Positions 27,182 to 35,169 of a stretch of DNA of 55,405 nt are shown here, in pieces. The notes beneath the pieces were generated by a model. That model had not been told where the DNA came from and made no database searches. It worked only from the letters and a program-made list of their open reading frames with translations. This DNA comes from a virus (Duplodnaviria; Caudoviricetes): positions 1 through 55,405 of IMG/VR virus record IMGVR_UViG_3300008107_000064; one strand, given 5' to 3'. The translations under genes and the position numbers were made by a program. Position 1 is the stretch's first letter; every line of letters starts with the position of its first letter.

Positions 27182-27526
27182 TCAGCGCAGGGCCTCGGCG
27201 CGGTCGAGGACGAGGGCGCTGATGCGCTCCTTGCTGGTGAAGAAATTGTCGATCTTCGAATAGATGCTGTAGACGTCGCGCGCAGCCGCCTGAAGCGCAG
27301 GCGCATTGATCAGCATCACACGCTCGCTCTTGATGTCCACCGGGCTGTTGCAGGACAGGTCATGCTTCGTCCACTCGGTGACGATGCCCTGACGGTTCAC
27401 CTTGGCCACAATCGCGAAGCAATAGCTGACATAGGTGTTCTTCTTGAACGTGTTGGCCTCGGTCGAGACGCTGGTGCGTTCGAGCACGAACACGTCGCCG
27501 CGCTTGGCTTTAGGGGTCTTCTTCAT
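27182..27526 (-). CDS. Hypothetical early protein
   Basis: Conserved leader and promoter upstream. Confidence 0.65.
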   Translation of the reverse strand: MKKTPKAKRGDVFVLERTSVSTEANTFKKNTYVSYCFAIVAKVNRQGIVTEWTKHDLSCNSPVDIKSERVMLINAPALQAAARDVYSIYSKIDNFFTSKERISALVLDRAEALR

Positions 27527-27608
27527 GCTGGTCTCCTTGGTTTGGGTTGGTCTGACCTGATCTTTATTTCATGATTCGATGATCGAGACAAGAACTTTTT
27601 TCTGGTCT

Positions 27609-27866
27609 TCAGAAGCGCGCGTACTCCTCAAGGTTTGCGTGCTCGGGCTCGTCACCGGCGTGGAAGCCTGCCTCCTCCAGCTCCGCCCACAGGGCGTCAT
27701 AGGCGCGGTCGTGGAGGCGGTCGAGCAGGATCAGCATGGCCGCGTTGACGGTCGTCACGTTGTTGATGGTCTTCACCGTGCAGAGGGTGCGTGCAAGCGA
27801 GACGAGGGTCTCGGTCGGGCGGCGCTTCAGGGAGGTGTGGGTTTCAGCGAAGTCGAGGATGTTCAT
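27609..27866 (-). CDS. Hypothetical early protein
   Basis: GGAGACCAGACCA leader. Confidence 0.65.
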   Translation of the reverse strand: MNILDFAETHTSLKRRPTETLVSLARTLCTVKTINNVTTVNAAMLILLDRLHDRAYDALWAELEEAGFHAGDEPEHANLEEYARF

Positions 27867-27880
27867 TGGTCTGGTCTCCT

Positions 27881-28180
27881 TCAGTAGGTGTAAAAGCCGG
27901 GGCAGATGCCCAGATAGCCGCCGGTGCTGTTCTCGCGGCGCAGAAGCTCGGTCAGGTCAATCGCGCCGACCCAACGGCCCCAAGCCTCGTTGAAGAACAC
28001 CACATAGCGGGCGGCAGGAGCGTCCGCGCGGCCAGCCTTGTCGAAGTAGGTCGCGGCCTTCTGGGCAGCCTGCGCAGTCGCCTTCTCAGCAGCTTCGCGG
28101 GTCGCGTAGTTCTTGCAAGGGTTCTTATTGGTGGCGCGGTAGTCTTCGATGCGGGCGGTGAGGGTGTCGATGATGTTCAT
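27881..28180 (-). CDS. Hypothetical early protein
   Basis: Conserved leader and promoter upstream. Confidence 0.65.
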   Translation of the reverse strand: MNIIDTLTARIEDYRATNKNPCKNYATREAAEKATAQAAQKAATYFDKAGRADAPAARYVVFFNEAWGRWVGAIDLTELLRRENSTGGYLGICPGFYTY

Positions 28181-28408
28181 TGGTCTGGTCTCCGTTGGGT
28201 TGGTCTGTTTCGATGACCCTTTGTCTCATGATTCGATTTTCCGTACAAGAACTTTTTTCTGGTCTTTGCAAATTTTTTTGGGGGTGCTATGAAAGGCCAT
28301 GCAGCGCGACATAGCCATGGTGATCTGCTCCTTTGGAACCGGCCAGCCATGCGCAGAGCCGTGCTGTTGGTGCTTGGAACACGCCCAAGCAATTTTGGAG
28401 GTCATACA

Positions 28409-28627
28409 ATGCAGAACAACCAACTCAAAAGCATCGTCGAGCGCATCGAGCGGCTTGAGGAAGAGAAAGCAGCCATCCTCTCCGACATCAAAGACGTGCT
28501 GTTAGAAGCCAAATCAAACGGCTTCGAACCCAAGATCATCCGCAAGGTCATCGCCCTGCGTAAGATGGACCCAGACGAGCGCGAGCAACTCAATCTCATG
28601 ATTGAAACCTATATGGCCGCGCTGTAA
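28409..28627 (+). CDS. gapR: GapR-like (DUF2312/UPF0335) nucleoid-associated protein
   Basis: 'QLKSIVERIERLEEEKAAILSDIKDVLLEAKSNGFEPKIIRKVIALRKMD...YMAAL'. Confidence 0.9.
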   Translation: MQNNQLKSIVERIERLEEEKAAILSDIKDVLLEAKSNGFEPKIIRKVIALRKMDPDEREQLNLMIETYMAAL

Positions 28628-28726
28628 GATTAACCCGTCCCCTCGGACGCCCGGCCCCGTTGCCTCAGCGACCCCGCACTTCACTGTGAACGCGGGGCCG
28701 GGTTCTAACAGTAGGACACAAAACCC

Positions 28727-29140
28727 ATGGTCATGGGCCGACCCTCAAAATACTCCGAAGAACTCGCCGAGCGTATCTGCACCGAGATCGCCAACGGAAA
28801 ACCCGTCTTCGCCATCTGCCAAGAAGACTGGTGCCCATCAGAATTTACCATCTACAAATGGCTGAGGGACAAGGAAGACTTTTCAAAGGCTTACGCGCAC
28901 GCGCGCGAGATCCAGCAGGAGCGCTTCGCAGCCGAGGTGATCGCCATCGCCGACACCGAAAAAGACCCGGCCATCGCACGCAACCGCATGGATGCGCGCA
29001 AGTGGTACGCCGGCAAGGTCAGCCCGAAGAAGTGGGGCGACCGCGTCGATATCGACGCTAAGGTCGAAGTGAACTCAGGGCCCAGCGAGAACCTCATGGC
29101 CCTGCTCGCAATGGCTGAAAAGAATGGCAAATCTAATTGA
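28727..29140 (+). CDS. terS: Terminase small subunit
   Basis: 'GRPSKYSEELAERIC..IANG', 'YAHARE', 'IAD', 'DARKW...K..PKKWGDR'. Confidence 0.85.
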   Translation: MVMGRPSKYSEELAERICTEIANGKPVFAICQEDWCPSEFTIYKWLRDKEDFSKAYAHAREIQQERFAAEVIAIADTEKDPAIARNRMDARKWYAGKVSPKKWGDRVDIDAKVEVNSGPSENLMALLAMAEKNGKSN

Positions 29141-30560
29141 GCTGTGGAACCGCCTGACCCCGCAGGAGCGCGTCCTCGCAGACTGGCGGATGGGATGGCT
29201 GCGGAAACGTCTCGATCACCAGATCCCGCCACCCGGCGAAGACTGGACCGTCTGGCTGCTGCTCGCAGGCCGTGGCGCCGGCAAGACCCGCACCGCTGCC
29301 GAGACGATCGGCGAATGGGCAGCCATGCAGCCGGGCACCCGCTGGTTGGTCTCAGCCCCCACCTACGGCGACCTGATCGGCGTTTGCTTCGAAGGTGAAT
29401 CCGGCCTGCTCAACGTCGTCCCCCGCGAGCTGGTGGCGTCGTACAACAAGAGCGACGTCGAGCTGAAGCTCGCCAACGGATCTATCCTCAAGGGCATCAC
29501 AGCCGAAAAGCCAGAACGCTTTCGCGGTCCCCAGTTCCATGGTGGATGGCTCGACGAGCTGGCAGCGTGGCAGTATGCCGACGAGGCCTTCGACCTGCTT
29601 ATGTTCGGCATGCGCCTCGGCGATCGGCCCCGGCTGATCTGCACGACAACGCCTAAACCGAACACCATCATCCGCAATTTGCTCAAGCGCGAAGGCAAAG
29701 ACGTTGCCGTCACCCGCGCGTCCACTTATGCCAATCTCGACAACCTCGCGCCAACATTCCGCGACCAGATCCTGCGCTACGAGGGCACAACGATCGGGCG
29801 CCAAGAGATCCACGCCGAGGTGATCAACCCCGAAGAAATGGGCATCATCCGCCGATCGCAGATCAAGCAATGGCGGGGCGACCTGCCAGAACTCGACTTC
29901 GTCGTGCTCTCGCTCGACACTGCATTCACCGAAGAAACAGGCGGCGGGTCCGACCCAGACTATTCAGCCTGCGTCGTCTGGGGCGTGTTCAGCCCGCGCG
30001 CCGATCGCCGGGACATCATCCTGCTTGATTGCTGGCAAGAGCGGCTCGGCTTTCCCGATCTCATCGTGCGCGCCAAGAAGGAAATGAAGGCCGTCTATTC
30101 GCCCCGGCAGAAGGCCCTCATCAAGCCGCTGGTCGGCCCCAGCTACATGGAAGACTCTGGGCGCAAGCCTGACGTCATGCTCATTGAAGACAAGGGATCA
30201 GGCATCAGCCTGCGGCAGATGATGGCCCGCGAAGGCCTGATCGCCGCGCCCTACAACCCCGGCAGGGCCAGCAAGCTTGACCGCCTGCACGCGATCTCGC
30301 CGCTCTTCGCAGCCGGGCGCGTGTGGATCACCGAAAGCAGCAAGGTGCCGGGCGAGTTCGTGAGCTGGGCGCAGCCGCTGATCGAGCAGCTCTGCACCTA
30401 TTCTGGCAAAGACACGATCCCGCACGACGATCTGATGGACGCAGCCGTGCAGGGCTTACGTTATATCGCCGATCGCGATATGATCCGCGTCACGCGCCCT
30501 GAGCCGCCAGAGCCACGGGCTTACGATGATCGACCGAAGGGCAACCCATATGCCGCTTGA
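29124..30560 (+). CDS. terL: Terminase large subunit
   Basis: AGRGAGKT, 'RFRGPQFHGGWLDELAAW', 'TTTPKP', 'SLDTAF', 'DYSA', 'HDDLMDA'. Confidence 0.95.
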   Translation: MANLIELWNRLTPQERVLADWRMGWLRKRLDHQIPPPGEDWTVWLLLAGRGAGKTRTAAETIGEWAAMQPGTRWLVSAPTYGDLIGVCFEGESGLLNVVPRELVASYNKSDVELKLANGSILKGITAEKPERFRGPQFHGGWLDELAAWQYADEAFDLLMFGMRLGDRPRLICTTTPKPNTIIRNLLKREGKDVAVTRASTYANLDNLAPTFRDQILRYEGTTIGRQEIHAEVINPEEMGIIRRSQIKQWRGDLPELDFVVLSLDTAFTEETGGGSDPDYSACVVWGVFSPRADRRDIILLDCWQERLGFPDLIVRAKKEMKAVYSPRQKALIKPLVGPSYMEDSGRKPDVMLIEDKGSGISLRQMMAREGLIAAPYNPGRASKLDRLHAISPLFAAGRVWITESSKVPGEFVSWAQPLIEQLCTYSGKDTIPHDDLMDAAVQGLRYIADRDMIRVTRPEPPEPRAYDDRPKGNPYAA

Positions 30561-33500
30561 TGACGACGAAACAGCCGCCCAGCGCATGAACCGCGTCAGC
30601 CGGGAGATCCGGGCAGGCGCGCAGCCGATCCTCGGCGGTGGCTACAGCGCCAACATTGGCGGCAGCATGGGGCCGCTGTCTGGCACTGCGTTCTCGTCAT
30701 CGAACGACCGCGTTGCCGGCCAGCCGAGCGTCGCAGGCGTCGCAGCAGGCCTCGGCCCTCTGTCAGCACAGTTCATCAAGCCCACGCAGCGTGGCGCCCC
30801 AGCAGCCTATGGCGTTGGCCTCGGCGGCAAGCCGTTCGACGCCGACACCTACTTCGGCGTGAATGCGACGAAGACGCCGGGCGGCATGCAGTATGGCGTG
30901 AACGTCGGGCGCGATGGCGCGTTCTTGTCTGGCAACTACAACCCGACGCGCCGTGATGTGAACATCATGGGCGGCTATGAGCGCAGGTTCCAAGAAGGCG
31001 GCCCGGTGACGCCGCGCAGGCTTGGCTCGATGATCGTGCCGCCTGAAGAGCAGGGCGCCGTTAGTCCGAGCTGGCAAGGCGTCGGCGAAGGATTGCAGAC
31101 TGTTGCGTCTGGCATTGGGCCCGCGTTGCAGAGCGCTGGCGAATATGTCTCGTCTGTCAGCCCCGGCCAGTTTGTCAGCGACGTCGGCACGGTTGCTGGT
31201 CACATGTACGAAGCTGCAAAAGAAAACCCCGCAGAGTTTATCGGCGGTGCAATGCCGCTTATTGGCAACATCTACTCAGCAAAAGACGTATCAGAGCTGA
31301 AGGACAAGATCCGCGCTGCACGCGAAGCCGGTCGTGAAGACATCGCGCAAACGCTGGAGAAGTTCGCACCGCTCGCAGCCGCTGGCGCTGTCATGCCGTT
31401 TGGCGCTGGTGCAGCAACAGGCGCTGTTGTTCGAGGCGCGGAGCGCGCCGCTGCAAAGGGCGCAGCAAAAGACATCGCAAAGCTCACCGATGATGTTGCA
31501 GCAACTGACAAGGCAGCCGTCGAAGGCGTCGTGTCATCCGCTGAACATGCCGCCGCTGTCGAAGCGCCGCAGGTGCCGCAGTCCGTGTTCCAACCCGAAC
31601 CAGTCATGACTGCGTTTGAAAACACGCCTACACCAGAAGTGATGCGTGAAAGCATCATTGGTGAGATCTCGCAGTCGATCGCGGCCAGCGATGGCGCAGT
31701 CGCAAAGCTCCCAACAACAATGGGCCTCGGCCCGATGTACGTTGTCGATAGCGGTGTGCAGCCAGAAGGCAAAGGATTCATCCTTGCCGGTACGACCAAC
31801 AAGAATGCATCCGCGCAGATCGAGGGCATCTCGCCTCTGCTTGAGAAATATTCCGATATGGCCTTGAACCCGGATCAGTGGGCGACAGGCATGGCAGAAG
31901 CAACCGGCAACGCAAATGTTGTCGCGCCTCCGTATCGCTTCATGAAAGAGATCCTGCCCGGTGGTGACTACGAAGTCATCCTCAAGAATATGACGCCGGG
32001 TCAGGTCGCCGAGCGTAAGCAAGGCATCGCAGCCGGCAAAGAGTTCTTCGATGCATTCGTCAACGGACAAATGAAGGTCGAAGACACTGGCAAGCTCTTC
32101 ATGTGGGGCATGCTGTCGCGCGGTGTTAATCCTTACACCCATGAAGGCCTGTTCATCGACGCATTCAGAGGCATTGAGCCTTGGATCAAGATGGCGGCTG
32201 AAGGCAAGTTCACCAAAGAAGTCGCTGAAGGCCCCTACAAAGAATGGGCCGCAAGCAGTGCGCAAAAAGGATCAGGTCAGCCCGGCGCTGGCGCTATGCA
32301 CAACCTCAATGCGTTTGGCGAAGACTTCCTGCTGAAGATGGGAACGCCCGGCGCTGATGGCATTACGCCATTGCAGAAGCTTCACGATCTCATGTGCGAC
32401 CCTAATCTGTCGGGCCGCGACATTCGTCGTGCGTTTGCTGAGACTGGCGAAGGTGTGGGCATCGACAACAAGGTCGTGTCGTTCATTCTGCTCGCGACAG
32501 GCCGCGATGACGTTATGGTCATCGACCGCATTCAGCTCAAGAACCTGTGGGATGATGGTCGCTTCGAAGACTTCAACATCTGGGACGGCATCTCTGTCCC
32601 GGTGGTGAAGACGGCGGATGGAAACACAACGCGCTTCCCGCCAACCGAAGAAGGCCGCGCACAGGCGAAGGCATTCAAGGAAGCCAACCCCGGATCCGAA
32701 TCCAGCAACGCAGCCGTCACCGGCTCGTCGCTTGCTGAAGCCACCTACGGTGCCAAGGGCATTTTGGTCTATGAGGCGATCGAAGATGCACTGATGAAGA
32801 ACGTACAGGCGCTTTATGACCGTATCGGCATGGGCGATGAAATCATCACGCCCGGCATCTTCCACTGGGATACATGGGTGGCCCGCTCCAATCAGGAAGC
32901 CTCCCACGGCTCTCTTCCTGCCATTCTCAGGCAGGCGCAAGGCGTGGAGGATCCGCTGGCCGGGATCTACTCTAAGCAGGGCGACTACCAGACATATGCT
33001 TATGGGGCTAAGTATTTCCGTGGACCGGAAGGCCCCTACTTTACCATGCCGCTTTCGACCGGCGATGAGCTGCGCCTGAGCGTGCAGGAAATGCAGCGTT
33101 TGCAGGGCGAGCTGGCGGATTACACCAAGGGCGCTGTGCCGGTGCCAACTCCTGTCGTGACAAATCCTGTCACCGGCGAGCTGCGTGAGTTCGCCAATAC
33201 CCCTGCTGGCCGCAAGGAAGCCAATGCCTATGCGGCTGAGCTGACGGCGGCTGCCCGTGAAGAAGCGCGTGCCGCTAATCCTTCGTTGTCGCGTTCAGAG
33301 ATTACTGCTATAAAGGTACCTGTCGATGAACGCGGTTTCTCTGTTTCGTCGATAGAAGGACGACCTTGGTATGAAGACCAATCCATCAATCGAGAACGGG
33401 TCGATAAGCTCATCAGAAATGCAGCCCAGCGGTCAGAACAGTCTGCTGGATCAACTGCTCAAGCGGCAGTACCCAATGTCGCAGGACGAACAGTCAGCGA

Positions 33501-34713
33501 AGCCAGAAGTGCAGCAGGGTTCGAATCTGGACTACCACGCACGTATGGACAAGTGGCTGGAGGATCACTCCAACGAGTGGTAGCAAACGATCCACCGGCG
33601 TTCAGCGCGCCGGTGGTCAATGCGTTTGAACCAAACCCATCCGCGTCGTCAGTTTACAATCAAGCCAATCACTCGACCCCGCTCGTCTATGAGCTGGAGA
33701 CTGGGTCACAGGCAGCAAAAGACTTCCACGCTGCGATCGCAAAAGCGAAGAAGCAAAATCCATTCGGCGCTGCGGTGACATTGTACAAGCCAAAAGAATA
33801 CGCAGGCATGCGCTTGTTCTTGACGCCAGACGGCACGGCTGGTTTTGCACTGAAGGGTGACGACATCGTCTCGGTGTTCAACGCTGCGAACGGCCCGCAT
33901 AGGAAAGTTGCGAACTCGTTGCTTGATGTGGCTATCTCGCAAGGCGGTCGCAAGCTTGATGCGTTCGACACCGCTCTTCCAAAGATCTATGCGGCAAGCG
34001 GTTTCAAGACGACATCGCGCATGTCGTTTGATCCGCAATATGCGCCACCCGGCTGGAACTATAAGACGTTCGCCGAGTTCAACGACGGTAAGCCAGACGT
34101 CGTTCACATGGTCTACGATCCGCGCCACAATGCATCGTATGATCCAAGCGATGGCCGTTTCTTCAAGGACTACGATGATGCTGTCGAGCATCAGAGCAAG
34201 GCCGTGAAGACAACGAACAACTATATTGATGCCACGCGCAAGGCATACGACAAGCGCATGAAGAAGGCGACGGAAGCAACGTCGTTCATACCCGGCTTTG
34301 CCAAAGGTGGGGCTGTTGAAAAGAAAACAGACTTCGGAGACCTGATCTTCGATGTCGCGCATCTTGCTGCGCGCAAAGACATCACCAAGCGCCAGATGGC
34401 GCTGTTGGTTAAGCTTGCGACAGGCGCGGATGCAGAATGGTCCGCTAATGTTGCGGGCCACTTGATTGGCGGCGATGGCACAAAGCTTCGACTGCATGCA
34501 GAGCGTCATCCAAAGATTGTGAAGGCTGTCGCACGCATCAATGAGATGCTCGGCGGCAACAAGTGGAAGGGGCTCACCGATGAGCACCCGCTCGCTGGTG
34601 CGCGCGTCAATCATGAGCTGATTGAAGAAGCGATGAACAGTGGCATGATCAAAGACAACGCCGAAATGAAGAAGGCGCTGCGCAAGCTCATGGAAGGATC
34701 AACCCATGGCTGA
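30550..34713 (+). CDS. Large polyvalent protein (putative beta-barrel, HhH glycosylase-like and GNAT-like domains)
   Basis: About 1387 aa from the ATG at 30550; domain motifs are described in the findings. Confidence 0.65.
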   Translation: MPLDDDETAAQRMNRVSREIRAGAQPILGGGYSANIGGSMGPLSGTAFSSSNDRVAGQPSVAGVAAGLGPLSAQFIKPTQRGAPAAYGVGLGGKPFDADTYFGVNATKTPGGMQYGVNVGRDGAFLSGNYNPTRRDVNIMGGYERRFQEGGPVTPRRLGSMIVPPEEQGAVSPSWQGVGEGLQTVASGIGPALQSAGEYVSSVSPGQFVSDVGTVAGHMYEAAKENPAEFIGGAMPLIGNIYSAKDVSELKDKIRAAREAGREDIAQTLEKFAPLAAAGAVMPFGAGAATGAVVRGAERAAAKGAAKDIAKLTDDVAATDKAAVEGVVSSAEHAAAVEAPQVPQSVFQPEPVMTAFENTPTPEVMRESIIGEISQSIAASDGAVAKLPTTMGLGPMYVVDSGVQPEGKGFILAGTTNKNASAQIEGISPLLEKYSDMALNPDQWATGMAEATGNANVVAPPYRFMKEILPGGDYEVILKNMTPGQVAERKQGIAAGKEFFDAFVNGQMKVEDTGKLFMWGMLSRGVNPYTHEGLFIDAFRGIEPWIKMAAEGKFTKEVAEGPYKEWAASSAQKGSGQPGAGAMHNLNAFGEDFLLKMGTPGADGITPLQKLHDLMCDPNLSGRDIRRAFAETGEGVGIDNKVVSFILLATGRDDVMVIDRIQLKNLWDDGRFEDFNIWDGISVPVVKTADGNTTRFPPTEEGRAQAKAFKEANPGSESSNAAVTGSSLAEATYGAKGILVYEAIEDALMKNVQALYDRIGMGDEIITPGIFHWDTWVARSNQEASHGSLPAILRQAQGVEDPLAGIYSKQGDYQTYAYGAKYFRGPEGPYFTMPLSTGDELRLSVQEMQRLQGELADYTKGAVPVPTPVVTNPVTGELREFANTPAGRKEANAYAAELTAAAREEARAANPSLSRSEITAIKVPVDERGFSVSSIEGRPWYEDQSINRERVDKLIRNAAQRSEQSAGSTAQAAVPNVAGRTVSEARSAAGFESGLPRTYGQVAGGSLQRVVANDPPAFSAPVVNAFEPNPSASSVYNQANHSTPLVYELETGSQAAKDFHAAIAKAKKQNPFGAAVTLYKPKEYAGMRLFLTPDGTAGFALKGDDIVSVFNAANGPHRKVANSLLDVAISQGGRKLDAFDTALPKIYAASGFKTTSRMSFDPQYAPPGWNYKTFAEFNDGKPDVVHMVYDPRHNASYDPSDGRFFKDYDDAVEHQSKAVKTTNNYIDATRKAYDKRMKKATEATSFIPGFAKGGAVEKKTDFGDLIFDVAHLAARKDITKRQMALLVKLATGADAEWSANVAGHLIGGDGTKLRLHAERHPKIVKAVARINEMLGGNKWKGLTDEHPLAGARVNHELIEEAMNSGMIKDNAEMKKALRKLMEGSTHG

Positions 34714-35167
34714 CTTCACGCCGGAAGATCTCGGCAACATGGATGATGGTGCTGAGACGCAAGAGACGCTTGAGATCTTGCGTCAGTCTATCATTCAAGA
34801 AGAAGGCACCGATGCCAACATCGAAGAGCGTTTGAAGCAGCTCTACATTTGCCTGAAAGCGAACGAGATGTTCATCCTTCGCATTGGCAACACGGTGTTC
34901 TTGTTGCGCCCGATGGGCGGAACGTCCGTCGAGTTCCACGTCGCAACCATCGAAGATCCGAAGACGCTGATGGATCGCATGGTGACCGGCGCAAAGACGC
35001 TGAAGGGTTTCGGCTATACGCATGTGCGTTCTTACTCTTCCAATCCTGCATTCGTTCGCATGGCGAAGCAGATGGCATCGAGCGCGTGGGTGAAGCCTAC
35101 AATCACGCAGCAGCCGCCACGGGAAAATGACAAGTTCCCCGTCTATCAATTCGATGCGGATCTTTAA
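34706..35167 (+). CDS. Hypothetical protein, possibly GNAT-fold (P22 gp14/T7 gp13-like)
   Basis: 'VEFHVAT...LKGFGYTHV....N..FVRMAK'; precedes a Gly-zipper protein. Confidence 0.4.
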   Translation: MADFTPEDLGNMDDGAETQETLEILRQSIIQEEGTDANIEERLKQLYICLKANEMFILRIGNTVFLLRPMGGTSVEFHVATIEDPKTLMDRMVTGAKTLKGFGYTHVRSYSSNPAFVRMAKQMASSAWVKPTITQQPPRENDKFPVYQFDADL

Positions 35168-35169
35168 TC

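Larger units (their letters stand above)
25905..28264 (-). promoter_or_regulatory. Repeated early promoter/operator cassettes
   Basis: Exact 19-mer CAAGAACTTTTTTCTGGTC at 26419, 27120, 27589 and 28246, with a 3-mismatch copy at 25939. Each lies next to a GATTC site and a GGAGACCA leader. Confidence 0.85.

Noticed and set aside
25905-28264. Repeats as a CRISPR array
   Set aside because: Spacing is hundreds of bases with whole genes between copies, and no cas genes are present.
28632-28704. HDV-like ribozyme or tRNA
   Set aside because: I could not build the nested double pseudoknot or a cloverleaf; no tRNA was recognised anywhere in the window.
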